From positions 128,001 through 192,000 of IMG/VR virus record IMGVR_UViG_3300042291_000844: a stretch of DNA of 64,000 nucleotides. One strand, 5' to 3'. The stretch is from a virus (taxonomy: Duplodnaviria > Caudoviricetes). Below, piece by piece: positions 35,121 through 45,031 of this stretch. The notes below the pieces were generated by a model. That model saw nothing but the letters and a program-made list of their open reading frames with translations, did not search any database and was not told the DNA's origin. How positions within the stretch are numbered: the stretch's first letter is position 1; every line of letters starts with the position of its first letter. The position numbers were made by a program, and so were the translations under genes.

Positions 35121-36917
35121 TTATTTACTTAATTCCAACTGTCTTTGTAATAATTCTGCTGCTTCCTTTTCTTTCATTTGTTCTTCGTGTAATTCTTGAT
35201 ATAAGCCTCTATTGTAAATAGAATATGGAATACCTATTTTTTTAAATGATGCTTCAATCTTTTCTAATCTATCTAATCTATCTTTTGGTGTATTATATTT
35301 AGTTGAAAAATTTACACCATTTATATATTCAATCCATTCTTTCTCAGTATCTCTCCATCTAATTAATAAAGGTTGATGTATTAAAAATGCAGAACACGTT
35401 AAAATTTCAGACATAACATCATGATATTCCTCTACAAAATCTACGGTCTGCTGGAAATCTTCTTCAGTCTCATTTAGGTATCCAATAATTAATTGCATTG
35501 CAAACATTAGAGGATATTCGTTTTCTTTATTAATTTGTCTAACATTTTCAAAAATTTGTCTTACCCCATCCATATCGGTATACTTCTTCATATGTTCTAA
35601 TACCGGCTCAGAAGCAGATTCAAATCCTGTAATCATTTTCATTAATCCGGCTTGACGATATAATCGCATCGTATCGATATCTCGCATAATAGATTGTAAT
35701 CTCATATTACCACCCCAAGTGATTCCACCTAATCCACCCCAACCTTTTTCAATAATTCTTTCACAAAAAGTTCTTAACCATTTTGCATTACCATTAATAA
35801 TACTATCATGACAAAAGAAATTTGTTCTGCCTTTATTAATCCAATATTCAATTTCATCAATTACGTTTTCAATATTACGATAACGGAATTCTGGTATGAA
35901 ATCTGGTACTGAACAAAATGAACATCTATAAGGACAACCCCTACTCATTACTAATGGCACATTATGTTGATATACCGATTTATAATAATAGTTATCTTCT
36001 AAGGATGAGTAATCAGGGAATGGTAGTAAATTCATATCCACATTTGCACGAGTAGAGTTATGGATAAGAACTCCATTTAATCTCCAAACAATTCCTTTTA
36101 TTTTTAAAAGTGATTCCTCACTCATATCAGATTTTAGAATTTCAACAAACGTTACTTCACCATCACCTCTAGATATTATATCTATGAAATGATAATCATG
36201 TGTTTTATAATTTGAATTTGGTAATTTACCAAAATCTAATACTTCTACCCCATTACCACCTAAAAGAATTTTAACGTGTGGATATTTTTCTTTAACCAAT
36301 CTTGCTATAGCTAATGAGGCATCTATATTACCATCAATGATACTAAATCCGATAAACGCCGGATTTGCTTTTTCAATATACCTACCCACATATCCATACG
36401 CCATATCATAAATTTCTTTATGATTATATAGGAGTTCATATTGCCCTTGTTTTGAATAAGTGTTAAATAGATTAAAAAACTCACTTCCTTTATCAGGGGG
36501 ATTCAAAAAGAAATAATCTATAATAGGGTCTATGATTGCGACTCTTAAATCTGGATGAAATTTATCTATATATGATTTCAATCCAACAATACCGGAGTAA
36601 TAACCTGATTCATTTATATTTGGTACTTGCAATAATAAACAATCTTGTTCCTCAATATCTTCAAATAAAAATTTATGTTGAACTTCGATATGACTATTAA
36701 CTGCAATGTTTTGTTGACGGATGTATTGTAAAAGGTCAACCTTTACATCCATAACAGCCTTACCACTTTCTATTTGTTCTTTTAACCGCTTTTCGGTTTT
36801 TTTTATCTCCTCTTCAGACATATATATTTTATAATTACCATTTACCAATTGGACATTGAGAACCGCGAGATAGTGTTTTTGCTGATATGTTACAACCACA
36901 ACCAAACTTTCGTTCAC
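35121..36917 (-). CDS. B12-binding-domain radical SAM protein (true start probably MSEEEI)
   Basis: IGFS, ILLGG, GDGE, P.PDY, SRGCPYRCSFC, FCHDS, GFESAS, IIGY. Confidence 0.9.
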   Translation of the reverse strand: MNESLVVVVTYQQKHYLAVLNVQLVNGNYKIYMSEEEIKKTEKRLKEQIESGKAVMDVKVDLLQYIRQQNIAVNSHIEVQHKFLFEDIEEQDCLLLQVPNINESGYYSGIVGLKSYIDKFHPDLRVAIIDPIIDYFFLNPPDKGSEFFNLFNTYSKQGQYELLYNHKEIYDMAYGYVGRYIEKANPAFIGFSIIDGNIDASLAIARLVKEKYPHVKILLGGNGVEVLDFGKLPNSNYKTHDYHFIDIISRGDGEVTFVEILKSDMSEESLLKIKGIVWRLNGVLIHNSTRANVDMNLLPFPDYSSLEDNYYYKSVYQHNVPLVMSRGCPYRCSFCSVPDFIPEFRYRNIENVIDEIEYWINKGRTNFFCHDSIINGNAKWLRTFCERIIEKGWGGLGGITWGGNMRLQSIMRDIDTMRLYRQAGLMKMITGFESASEPVLEHMKKYTDMDGVRQIFENVRQINKENEYPLMFAMQLIIGYLNETEEDFQQTVDFVEEYHDVMSEILTCSAFLIHQPLLIRWRDTEKEWIEYINGVNFSTKYNTPKDRLDRLEKIEASFKKIGIPYSIYNRGLYQELHEEQMKEKEAAELLQRQLELSK

Positions 36918-37095
36918 CGGTTGTTATATGGATTCCCCATTTGTTTGGGTCACACGAATTACCTGTTCTAATTAAACATTTATCACAATGTAATAAACGA
37001 TTAGATGCTAAGTCCTGAGTATCAGAATCTAAGATATCAAATTGCTGTCTAACATAATTACCCCAACCCTCTAAGATATGTATAATGTTAGCCAT
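36835..37095 (-). CDS. Small Cys-rich protein (DUF6171-like), paralog-like to 11348-11650
   Basis: R..HCDKC...C...GCGC.I.AK......CP.GKW. Confidence 0.7.
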   Translation of the reverse strand: MANIIHILEGWGNYVRQQFDILDSDTQDLASNRLLHCDKCLIRTGNSCDPNKWGIHITTGERKFGCGCNISAKTLSRGSQCPIGKW

Positions 37096-37541
37096 TTACT
37101 TTTTTATTTTTTTAGTTAAATCTTTTTTTGCTATTCTAGCTAACCAAACAAAAAATGCACCTGCTATGAATGCACCTCCTGCGTTTACTATTTGATTTAT
37201 ATCCATATAATTTTATTTTATCCAATCATCGTATGCGTATTGATATGAATCAACCGCTGAGTGACCTTCTGATAAATATCCTTCTGCAGAAATTTCCACT
37301 TCCGCTCTAAGACCCCATGCAGATGCTTCTAATAAAATCATTTCGATTTCTTGTAAATCACCAATTGTAAGGTTTTCTTTTTCAGTTTTCATTTATGTTT
37401 ATTTTTTGTAATCAAATCGTTTATAATCCTTATAGACCAATAAAGCCATAATTCCTATTATACCAAATAATACTATTAATTCAATAGTTGCTAAGGTGTA
37501 ATCCACCCATGTATATATATGTTCCATAAATATTTATATGT

Positions 37542-37796
37542 TTAAATAAAACAATTCTTACTACACATTGCCAATAAGAAAATGTTATTTTTACAATCGG
37601 TATCTGCTCTACTAAGTGATAGATATAAATTGTTGGCAACTACTGCTTCTACAAACCCACCACCTGCATAAGATGATTTATCACGGGTACACATAATCGA
37701 TACCATAATATCTAAGATGTGTTCACTTACGTTATCACAATTCCACTCTTTAGCGAATTGAATCGCACGTTCTTTACATTGTTCTCTGATGTCCAT
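37542..37796 (-). CDS. Hypothetical protein
   Basis: GGGFVEAV..NNLY.....AD. Confidence 0.6.
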   Translation of the reverse strand: MDIREQCKERAIQFAKEWNCDNVSEHILDIMVSIMCTRDKSSYAGGGFVEAVVANNLYLSLSRADTDCKNNIFLLAMCSKNCFI

Positions 37797-37824
37797 ATTT
37801 TATATTTTAAAGTTTACTAATTAA

Positions 37825-38112
37825 TTATCTAACTACCTCACCACGATTTAACCAGAATATATCATTCCTTCTGGCATTCAATTCCCATTTAGCAAGGTCA
37901 AACATTTCATCACTAATCAATCCCCTCTCAAAAAAATAATCCATATTCAAATCAAATGGAGAAACACGCAAATGCATTGCACGATTCACTACAAAATCAC
38001 AATACTCATTAACACTCATACCACGTATATCTAACAATTCCATAATATTATTGTTTAGGTTTGAAACAAATTTCGGTTTTAGGAAGGTGGTCAACCTCAA
38101 TAGCGGTAACAC
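37825..38112 (-). CDS. Hypothetical protein (start probably MELLDI)
   Basis: ORF track. Confidence 0.5.
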   Translation of the reverse strand: MLPLLRLTTFLKPKFVSNLNNNIMELLDIRGMSVNEYCDFVVNRAMHLRVSPFDLNMDYFFERGLISDEMFDLAKWELNARRNDIFWLNRGEVVR

Positions 38113-38183
38113 GTAATCGACAAGGATGGTCGGTTACCATTAAGAACACAATCAAAGCAATCAATCTCTCTCTCATTACAAAG

Positions 38184-38215
38184 CTAAACTACAAAATAAA
38201 GCTGATATTTCCAAA
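38184..38215 (-). promoter_or_regulatory. Bacteroidota-type promoter, near-duplicate of 38504-38535
   Basis: TTTG-N20-TAGTTTAG. Confidence 0.75.
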
Positions 38216-38226
38216 TTTTTTATCAT

Positions 38227-38481
38227 TTATTTTTGGATAAAGTTAATAGTATATTGAATTCGGTTAATGATATTAGTAGGTAATCCTAATTGTTTAGCGG
38301 ATTCTAACATCTCGGTATAAAGGTAACCATCCCATACACCACATAACATATTGTAAACTTCGTTGAACCACGACTCATTTTGGTTCATATGGAAATCCTC
38401 AACCATTCGTAGGGTGGTACTATGATAGTTCATCATTTCTTTGGTGAACAATTGGTGGCGGTTAAATCTTAGAGTATTCAT
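38227..38481 (-). CDS. Hypothetical protein
   Basis: Flanked by duplicated promoters. Confidence 0.6.
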   Translation of the reverse strand: MNTLRFNRHQLFTKEMMNYHSTTLRMVEDFHMNQNESWFNEVYNMLCGVWDGYLYTEMLESAKQLGLPTNIINRIQYTINFIQK

Positions 38482-38503
38482 ATCTTATCGTTTTATTACA
38501 TAG

Positions 38504-38535
38504 CTAAACTACAAAATAAAGCTCACATTTCCAAA
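38504..38535 (-). promoter_or_regulatory. Bacteroidota-type promoter
   Basis: TTTG-N20-TAGTTTAG. Confidence 0.75.
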
Positions 38536-38560
38536 TTTTTCATCATTTATTTTTAATTAA

Positions 38561-38569
38561 ATATTTATA
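38561..38569 (+). promoter_or_regulatory. Candidate late-promoter motif ATATTTATA(G)
   Basis: Sense orientation, 3 nt before the plus-strand operon. Confidence 0.55.
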
Positions 38570-38572
38570 GGT

Positions 38573-39115
38573 ATGATACGATTACGAGATTTGCTAACTG
38601 AACGACCAATAGATATCCCAAAGAATACGTGGACTCCCATTATGCGTTCTGAACTACCAGATTTCAAGCAACAAATATACGATTTAATTGCCACTGCCTA
38701 TGCTCCAATTGGTGGTCATTCTAATGTGAAGGATAAAGAAGACCTACCTGGTGAGGGTGATTTCTTTGATGTAATAGATGTGGACGGTGATGATGAAATT
38801 GATGCAGCAACTGTAGCTAAATATAAATCGGCTGGTAAAAAGTTTATTGCATTAGGGCACGATGGTTCTTCATCAGGTAAATCAGCAGCGGTGAATCATC
38901 AAGTGGATAAACTAAAGAAGGGTGGATATTATGTAGAGGTATCCGGTAAGATGCGAGATATATTTATAGGTAAAGGATTAGAACCTGTTACCGATGAAGA
39001 GTCAGTTCGTAGGGCGTTAAAAGGAAAAGATATTAAATGGAATGGAGATGGTTCATACGATAGAAAAATTGGTGGTGCTATTCACACTAAAATGATGTTT
39101 GGAAAAGTAAGATAA
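38573..39115 (+). CDS. Hypothetical with MIRLRDLLTE N-terminus; paralog-like to 39433-39981
   Basis: Shared D.D.D...D, G.K..A.G..G, G...E.S.K, V.DE, G.G.Y.R. Confidence 0.75.
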   Translation: MIRLRDLLTERPIDIPKNTWTPIMRSELPDFKQQIYDLIATAYAPIGGHSNVKDKEDLPGEGDFFDVIDVDGDDEIDAATVAKYKSAGKKFIALGHDGSSSGKSAAVNHQVDKLKKGGYYVEVSGKMRDIFIGKGLEPVTDEESVRRALKGKDIKWNGDGSYDRKIGGAIHTKMMFGKVR

Positions 39116-39432
39116 TGATAAAGTTAAAAGATATATTAAAAGAGGAAGTAGTCGAAGATATTGATTTTGTAAATAACAGAATGAATGGAGCTGCAAAAAT
39201 AACTCAAACTGCAAAAGAGAAAGGTGGAGATGCACTATTAACATACCATCACTTTGTTGTAAAGTTACCATACTATGAGAAGGCAAAAAATGGTGAATTA
39301 GATATTGATGTTGCTAAAAAAGAATTCATAGAAACATTAGGTAAAATATCCTTAGATATGGACCAGACTACTTTTCAAACCGAAGTAGGTAGATTAGAAG
39401 TGTTAGGTGAATTATTTATAAATAATAAATAA
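39115..39432 (+). CDS. Hypothetical with MIKLKDILKE N-terminus
   Basis: Coupled plus-strand operon. Confidence 0.75.
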   Translation: MIKLKDILKEEVVEDIDFVNNRMNGAAKITQTAKEKGGDALLTYHHFVVKLPYYEKAKNGELDIDVAKKEFIETLGKISLDMDQTTFQTEVGRLEVLGELFINNK

Positions 39433-39981
39433 ATGATTAAGTTACTAGAGATATTACAAGAATTTGAAATACCATCAGGTCAATGGGTTAACTACGATTT
39501 ACAAAAAGTAGATAAAGATGGTATGGATATCATTTGGGATATGTATAAATCATCTTACCTTAAACAAGGAATGGATTTATCTGCTAACTCAGCAGGGGAG
39601 ATGCAATCCAAATATAAAGCAGTTCGTTTAAAGGATATCGATAATGATAATGTACCCGATGAGTTTATCATATATAAGGTAACTAAGTTTGGTAATAAGA
39701 TTGCACTACTTGCAACTAATGGTAAACCCGAAGCAAAAAGAGATTTAGTTAAGCAAACTATTAAGTTAACTAAAACTGCAGGATGGTTTATTGAGGCTAG
39801 TTTAAAGATGGAGGAAATTCTATCTTCAGCTGGTGCACCATTTGTTACTGATGAGAATAAAATAATTGATATCATAGGTAAGGATAAAGAACCACAGTTT
39901 ATTGGTAATGGATATTATACTCGCTCACTATCTAAGGTGAGTAAAAGAATTACAAAAAGAATATACGGCAAACCTCGCTAA
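39433..39981 (+). CDS. Hypothetical with MIKLLEILQE N-terminus
   Basis: Coupled plus-strand operon. Confidence 0.75.
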   Translation: MIKLLEILQEFEIPSGQWVNYDLQKVDKDGMDIIWDMYKSSYLKQGMDLSANSAGEMQSKYKAVRLKDIDNDNVPDEFIIYKVTKFGNKIALLATNGKPEAKRDLVKQTIKLTKTAGWFIEASLKMEEILSSAGAPFVTDENKIIDIIGKDKEPQFIGNGYYTRSLSKVSKRITKRIYGKPR

Positions 39982-39984
39982 ATA

Positions 39985-40008
39985 CAAAAAACCCCAATTG
40001 GGGTTCTT
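39985..40008. terminator. Hairpin between convergent genes
   Basis: AACCCCAATTGGGGTT preceded by an A tract. Confidence 0.65.
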
Positions 40009-40028
40009 CGGCACGGCATGCAAGATTT

Positions 40029-40277
40029 TTAAATAGCTCCTTCGGTATGAGCCTTATTATCATCCCAATCATCCCAACCATCACGGCCAGTTAGATTATT
40101 GATGACAGATTCATTAAGTGATTTGTTAACCGGTCTTGTGTAACGATTCTCTCTATCGTGTAACCAAGTCTCTAATTCAAAATCGATATCACATAATGTG
40201 ATATCATTTCTTTTTTTGGAAAACAAACCAGATTTACCTTTGGATGCTAAACTTGTCTTTAGAAGTTTGAACAACAT
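40029..40277 (-). CDS. Hypothetical protein
   Basis: ORF track. Confidence 0.5.
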   Translation of the reverse strand: MLFKLLKTSLASKGKSGLFSKKRNDITLCDIDFELETWLHDRENRYTRPVNKSLNESVINNLTGRDGWDDWDDNKAHTEGAI

Positions 40278-40331
40278 GGTAGGTGGAATTGGGTTTAGGT
40301 AAAAGTATATATTCGTATATAAATATAAATA

Positions 40332-40676
40332 TTATTTCCAAAAAAGCTGTATTGATAATATACTAAGTGCCAACATTAAACAAACCAAAGTTTTCAATGA
40401 AACTGGCTCTTTAAATAATATGACACTAAGTGCTATAAATACTACTATACCAATCCCAAACCCAATCAATCTACTCGGCCATAACTGACCATTAAATAGT
40501 AATACTAATGCTTCTACCGATTTTAAATAAAACCACGATGCCGGAATTGATGCTAATAGGGTTAGCATTGGGTAATCTTTATACCATCCATATTTTACAC
40601 TCCCTTGCAATTGCATGAAAGATAATATCTGTCCCATAATTCCATATAGGATTCCGTAGAATAGATTAGGATTCAT
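40332..40676 (-). CDS. Four-TM small membrane protein (DMT/EamA-like)
   Basis: Four TM helices, LFKEPVS.K...L. Confidence 0.65.
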   Translation of the reverse strand: MNPNLFYGILYGIMGQILSFMQLQGSVKYGWYKDYPMLTLLASIPASWFYLKSVEALVLLFNGQLWPSRLIGFGIGIVVFIALSVILFKEPVSLKTLVCLMLALSILSIQLFWK

Positions 40677-40969
40677 TATTCCGTTTCGTGATTTAAATAA
40701 TCATCAAACTCTTTTGCAGCTGATGGGTTTACTTCATATAGATGTTCTAACGCTAGTTCATATCTACCATTAGTAGATTGTAAATTAAATAATTCACTAT
40801 TCAATGAATCAATGATATTTGCTTTTTGTATATCACCACCTTGTATAAATTGTTGATTCTTCAATTCCTTAATCTGAGAGCGTTGTTGTGCTGTTAATAA
40901 TAGTAATATACATGCTCCACCGATTGTAAAATACTTTTGATTGTTTTTAATAAAGTTAATCATTTTCAT
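40676..40969 (-). CDS. Single-TM coiled-coil protein
   Basis: ORF track. Confidence 0.55.
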   Translation of the reverse strand: MKMINFIKNNQKYFTIGGACILLLLTAQQRSQIKELKNQQFIQGGDIQKANIIDSLNSELFNLQSTNGRYELALEHLYEVNPSAAKEFDDYLNHETE

Positions 40970-41110
40970 TTTCTTTTTTTATTTCGTTATCAAATATTCC
41001 AAATAAATCATCACCCGTATAATCTGGGTGATTCTCTTTCATATAGTCTATACCAACTACCCATCTCCAAGAGATAAATCCGATAATCACTATCATTATA
41101 CCAACCACAC

Positions 41111-41659
41111 CTAAGTACCCCATATTATGTTTGTTTTCTTTTTATAATTTTCAATTACTATATCTTCTTGAGTTTTTAATCTTCCGTATCCACGAATCAT
41201 TTGTTTGTAACGAGGTTCATCTATACTACTAATCTTTACACCTTCGTATTTATTTGCAGCATGTATAAAATAACTATTACCAATATATGTACCAGTATGC
41301 CAACCCGATGGAGATGCTTTACTTCTAAAAAATATCAAATCTCCTATAACCAAACTATCTTTTTTTATTCTTTGAGTTTGTGCCCATTGTTTATACGCTA
41401 CTTCTGCTAATGTTTTATTATAAACATCTTTATATAAACGTTTGTTGAATTGTGAGCAATCGATTCCTCTTTCACTATTCCCTCCCAACTTATATGGTTT
41501 ACCTATCCAATATAACATAAACTTATTTAATAAGGAATCTGATGTTAGAATTTCATCACTAATAGCAGGTTTAGTAAAATCAGTATATTTGTTTTTTACT
41601 TGTGACATTGAGGTCATACCCAGCACGACCAAAATGGATGTAATTATAAGTTGTTTCAT
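41111..41659 (-). CDS. NlpC/P60 peptidoglycan peptidase with signal peptide
   Basis: GKPY..GG....GIDCS, GDLIFF, HTG.Y.G...FIHA. Confidence 0.9.
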   Translation of the reverse strand: MKQLIITSILVVLGMTSMSQVKNKYTDFTKPAISDEILTSDSLLNKFMLYWIGKPYKLGGNSERGIDCSQFNKRLYKDVYNKTLAEVAYKQWAQTQRIKKDSLVIGDLIFFRSKASPSGWHTGTYIGNSYFIHAANKYEGVKISSIDEPRYKQMIRGYGRLKTQEDIVIENYKKKTNIIWGT

Positions 41660-41663
41660 TTTA

Positions 41664-42308
41664 TCAATCCCACCATGTTCTCATATCTGAACCATCAGAC
41701 CATTTCCATTGTGCCTCAAATTTTCCTTCAGTATTTAATTTAGTATAATCTTCAGTTTTAATATAATCTTTCCAATGTTCATCCGTCTGAAGTCCACTAA
41801 TGATTGCCCATATTTCTACCCATTCGGTTTTCTCTAATTTTCGAGCATGGGCAAAAACCTTTTTCATATGTTTTTTTTCTGCTGGGGTATCGTTATCTAC
41901 TAATCGATGCGAATCAGTTCCTTCTATATCCTCCCACTCAAATGGTTTCCATGCGATTTCGCCTAATACCTTTTGTGCCCTTTCTATATAATCATCATCT
42001 AATTTATGCTTAAGTAATTCTAATACCCTACGAAGATTTTTTAATTTCTTATCTCTACTTTCAGGTACTTCCATTCCATCTTTAGACAATCCCTTTTCTA
42101 AAATAGTTAGGGAACGATATAATATTTCTAAGGTATATCGATAATCCCACCATTGGTGTGAATATAATTCTTTACGGAAACGCCATATATTCTTAAAGAA
42201 CAATGGAATATCAATAGTAATAGTTTCCCATACTTTCCAAAGTTTAGTATCATACCAAACCATTTTTTCTACACTCTCAAAGAATGAGTCTTTAAATTCT
42301 ACTTTCAT
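41664..42308 (-). CDS. Hypothetical protein
   Basis: ORF track; ends WWD. Confidence 0.65.
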   Translation of the reverse strand: MKVEFKDSFFESVEKMVWYDTKLWKVWETITIDIPLFFKNIWRFRKELYSHQWWDYRYTLEILYRSLTILEKGLSKDGMEVPESRDKKLKNLRRVLELLKHKLDDDYIERAQKVLGEIAWKPFEWEDIEGTDSHRLVDNDTPAEKKHMKKVFAHARKLEKTEWVEIWAIISGLQTDEHWKDYIKTEDYTKLNTEGKFEAQWKWSDGSDMRTWWD

Positions 42309-42522
42309 AATATTAATAGGTGGTTATCTTCCATACCCCATAGATTCGGCGTATTTTGCTAATTGGATGCGTTCAATTAAATTCCGTTTTTCCGGTGTAT
42401 CTGCAAACCACATACTTGAAACTCTATATTTCTTAGCCCAATGATTAAATTCTAACTTAGATACGTTAATTGTTGATTGTGTTTTTGCGTGTGTTTTCAT
42501 TTTTTATCTTATTGTTTATACT

Positions 42523-42554
42523 CAAATATACGAATAAAAATCGGTATTTCCAAA
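42523..42554 (-). promoter_or_regulatory. Bacteroidota-type promoter
   Basis: TTTG-N20-TATATTTG. Confidence 0.8.
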
Positions 42555-42580
42555 TTTAAAATTAACTGATTGATTATCAA

Positions 42581-42967
42581 TTACTTAATGAATCCATGAG
42601 GAGTAGGTTTACCATCCTTATCCACTACTACGAATACTATCTTGTCTACCTTAACAATTGTTTGTTGTGTGTTCTTATTACGAACCTCACATGCAAAGGT
42701 GATTGAGGTTGTACCAAAACCTATTAACCCACACCCGATTTCGATTATATCACCCTGTTTAGCAGTATTAACAAAATCAATTTCTGATATAATTTTTGTT
42801 ACTATACTATTAGTATGTGGTGTATTTGCTGAGGTTGTTAATTGACATATAGCAAAGATTGCTGCTTCCTCATCTATCCACTTTAATAACTGACCACCGA
42901 ATAAAGTACCCCTTGCGTTTAGGTCTACTGGTTTAATTAATTTTCTAGTTTTATATTTTATTTCCAT
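42581..42967 (-). CDS. Acyl-CoA thioesterase (HotDog fold, YciA-like)
   Basis: P.DLN..GTLFGGQLLKWIDE, IDF, FV.VD..GKP. Confidence 0.9.
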   Translation of the reverse strand: MEIKYKTRKLIKPVDLNARGTLFGGQLLKWIDEEAAIFAICQLTTSANTPHTNSIVTKIISEIDFVNTAKQGDIIEIGCGLIGFGTTSITFACEVRNKNTQQTIVKVDKIVFVVVDKDGKPTPHGFIK

Positions 42968-42968
42968 A

Positions 42969-43583
42969 TTATTCAGAACCGCCTAATTCAAATTCGGCTT
43001 CGTTTTGTTTTACACTTTTTGGTTTTCTTTTTTTAGAAATGACTGGGGTGTGTTCCCTTGCATAATCAGTTTGTGTTTTTGGTTTAGTACCAATTGAACC
43101 CATAATCTCATTAGAGATAGTTTCAGTATTAATTCGGATATCCTCTCTTGCAATATCTGCCATCTTTTGTTTACCCTCATTGGATACTCTACTTAATGGA
43201 ATTTGTGCTAGTGGGTCATTATCGTTGCCAAAGTTTGTATTGATTGTAGTTATCTTTGTGGTCTTCACTGGTATTGATTGGTCTGGTTCAGGAAACCCAT
43301 CCTTACTCCACTTATCTGCCAACTCTTTTAATAAATCAGTATTAGTAGTATCTGCAGATTTTGGTATTCCAATTCCTGCTAATTTTTTAAATGCATCCTT
43401 ATCAACAAACACATCTTCGTTTTTTGTTGGTGTTTGTTTTTTAAACAAATCACTAAACTTCTTTTCTGGTCGTAGAGTTGTCCAACTACCATCTTCATTT
43501 TCCCTCATAAGAGGTGAGGCCCAACCTGAGTATCCCATCCATAATACAAATACGATACCTGCGATAATACATAATGTTATCAT
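42969..43583 (-). CDS. Membrane-anchored, largely disordered protein
   Basis: N-terminal TM. Confidence 0.6.
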   Translation of the reverse strand: MITLCIIAGIVFVLWMGYSGWASPLMRENEDGSWTTLRPEKKFSDLFKKQTPTKNEDVFVDKDAFKKLAGIGIPKSADTTNTDLLKELADKWSKDGFPEPDQSIPVKTTKITTINTNFGNDNDPLAQIPLSRVSNEGKQKMADIAREDIRINTETISNEIMGSIGTKPKTQTDYAREHTPVISKKRKPKSVKQNEAEFELGGSE

Positions 43584-43598
43584 AACTTTCTTTTTTTT

Positions 43599-44021
43599 TT
43601 AAATTATATGTTCAATTTTAACTCTGATACAAGTTTGTGGTAATCTACAATTTTTTAAATAGTTGTTTACATACCCCATAATATTTGCAGAACCAATTGG
43701 ATTGGCTGAATGGGTGTATATTTGTGGTAATGGTATTTTACTATTCATACTTTCAGCCACCAACCATTTAGCACAATCTAATCCAGTTTTTTCCAATATG
43801 TTATTGTAATCCAATTGGTAATTAGGTGATACATTATTAAAATATTCCTTTTGTGCTGTATCTCCTAAATCGTGGTCTAAACTGATTACTTCATATTTAT
43901 CTAATCCATTTAATCTGATGTGTGATACCAACTCATCATAATTTCTTACTACATGCCAATCATCACTATTTGGTGTTCTTATATCATCCAAATATAATTG
44001 TATTTTATTAGTTATCATCAT
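43599..44021 (-). CDS. Cyclic-phosphate-processing receiver-like domain protein
   Basis: LYLDDIR.P, ISLDHDLG, TGLDCAKWL, HSANP.G. Confidence 0.8.
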   Translation of the reverse strand: MMITNKIQLYLDDIRTPNSDDWHVVRNYDELVSHIRLNGLDKYEVISLDHDLGDTAQKEYFNNVSPNYQLDYNNILEKTGLDCAKWLVAESMNSKIPLPQIYTHSANPIGSANIMGYVNNYLKNCRLPQTCIRVKIEHII

Positions 44022-44778
44022 CTATAAAATCTATTTCTCTTGTTGTAAAATTGTAATCAAATGTTATTGGATTGTTAATGGGGTCATATGTTAAATCACA
44101 AGTAGACCCATTAAACGTATACCCCCAATTGGTTTCTTTATATCCATACCCTTCGTGGATATGACCTGCAAAGTGTAAGTGAGGGGATACTTCATTTAAT
44201 CTATAATACAATTCATTACAACCTACACTTTCATTGGTTCTATATGTTCTATCACAATATCCATAAATTGGACTATGTGTAATAACAATATCAATATCAT
44301 TGGGTATACCATCCCATACTTTATTTATTTCATGTCCTCTGTCTTTATTGAACCCCCAACCATAACCAAATGTAGGACTGATGGGTGAACCCCATATCTT
44401 AATATCATCTAACATTACAAAGCTATTCTCTAAATAGAATACGTTTGGATTTAATCCAGATATAAGTAAATTATCTAACCACTCTGGCTTACCTTCAGCA
44501 CATTCGGTATCATATTCAGTTCTACCTTCAAAGTGTGCCAATTTATCTCTCAATAATTGTTCTCTATCAAATGTCATATCGTGGTTACCGGCAATAAAGA
44601 TTTTATTAGTATAGTTGTCTATACCATTAAACCATTTAACAAATCTTACAACCTCATCTTTTCTACCTAATGACGTAATGTCTCCACTATGAATTAATAA
44701 GTCACCACCGGGTAATTTACCATTCAGTTGATTGTGTTTGTTGTGTGTGTCACTAATGTGTGTTATTCTCATCTTCAT
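44008..44778 (-). CDS. Calcineurin-like metallophosphoesterase (MPPED-like)
   Basis: ISDTH, IHSGD, IAGNHD, ITHSP, FAGHIHE. Confidence 0.9.
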   Translation of the reverse strand: MKMRITHISDTHNKHNQLNGKLPGGDLLIHSGDITSLGRKDEVVRFVKWFNGIDNYTNKIFIAGNHDMTFDREQLLRDKLAHFEGRTEYDTECAEGKPEWLDNLLISGLNPNVFYLENSFVMLDDIKIWGSPISPTFGYGWGFNKDRGHEINKVWDGIPNDIDIVITHSPIYGYCDRTYRTNESVGCNELYYRLNEVSPHLHFAGHIHEGYGYKETNWGYTFNGSTCDLTYDPINNPITFDYNFTTREIDFIDDDN

Positions 44779-45031
44779 AACTATCTTCTTTATTTCCTAC
44801 TAATTGATACGCATCCCATAATTGTCCTACTGCATATTCTATTTGAAACTTTATATCTTTATCTGATTGTGTTAATGGGTGGTCTATACAATGGTCATTA
44901 AGTGTACACATTACAATATGTAATCTATCCATTAATTCAAGGTAATGACCTTTATTTATCGAATTCTTTTTTTGTTTCTTTGATGACATCTGATACTGAT
45001 TTAGTCGGGTTGGCCTGTGCGTTTCTAGCAA
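44753..45031 (-). CDS. Hypothetical protein (start probably MSSKKQ)
   Basis: ORF track. Confidence 0.55.
   Translation of the reverse strand: MLETHRPTRLNQYQMSSKKQKKNSINKGHYLELMDRLHIVMCTLNDHCIDHPLTQSDKDIKFQIEYAVGQLWDAYQLVGNKEDSYEDENNTH

Noticed and set aside
2034-37000. Plus-strand ORFs in the track (e.g. 2034-2525, 13842-14488, 25561-26158, 30150-30472)
   Set aside because: Antisense shadows of clear minus-strand genes or tRNAs; no motifs or start signals.
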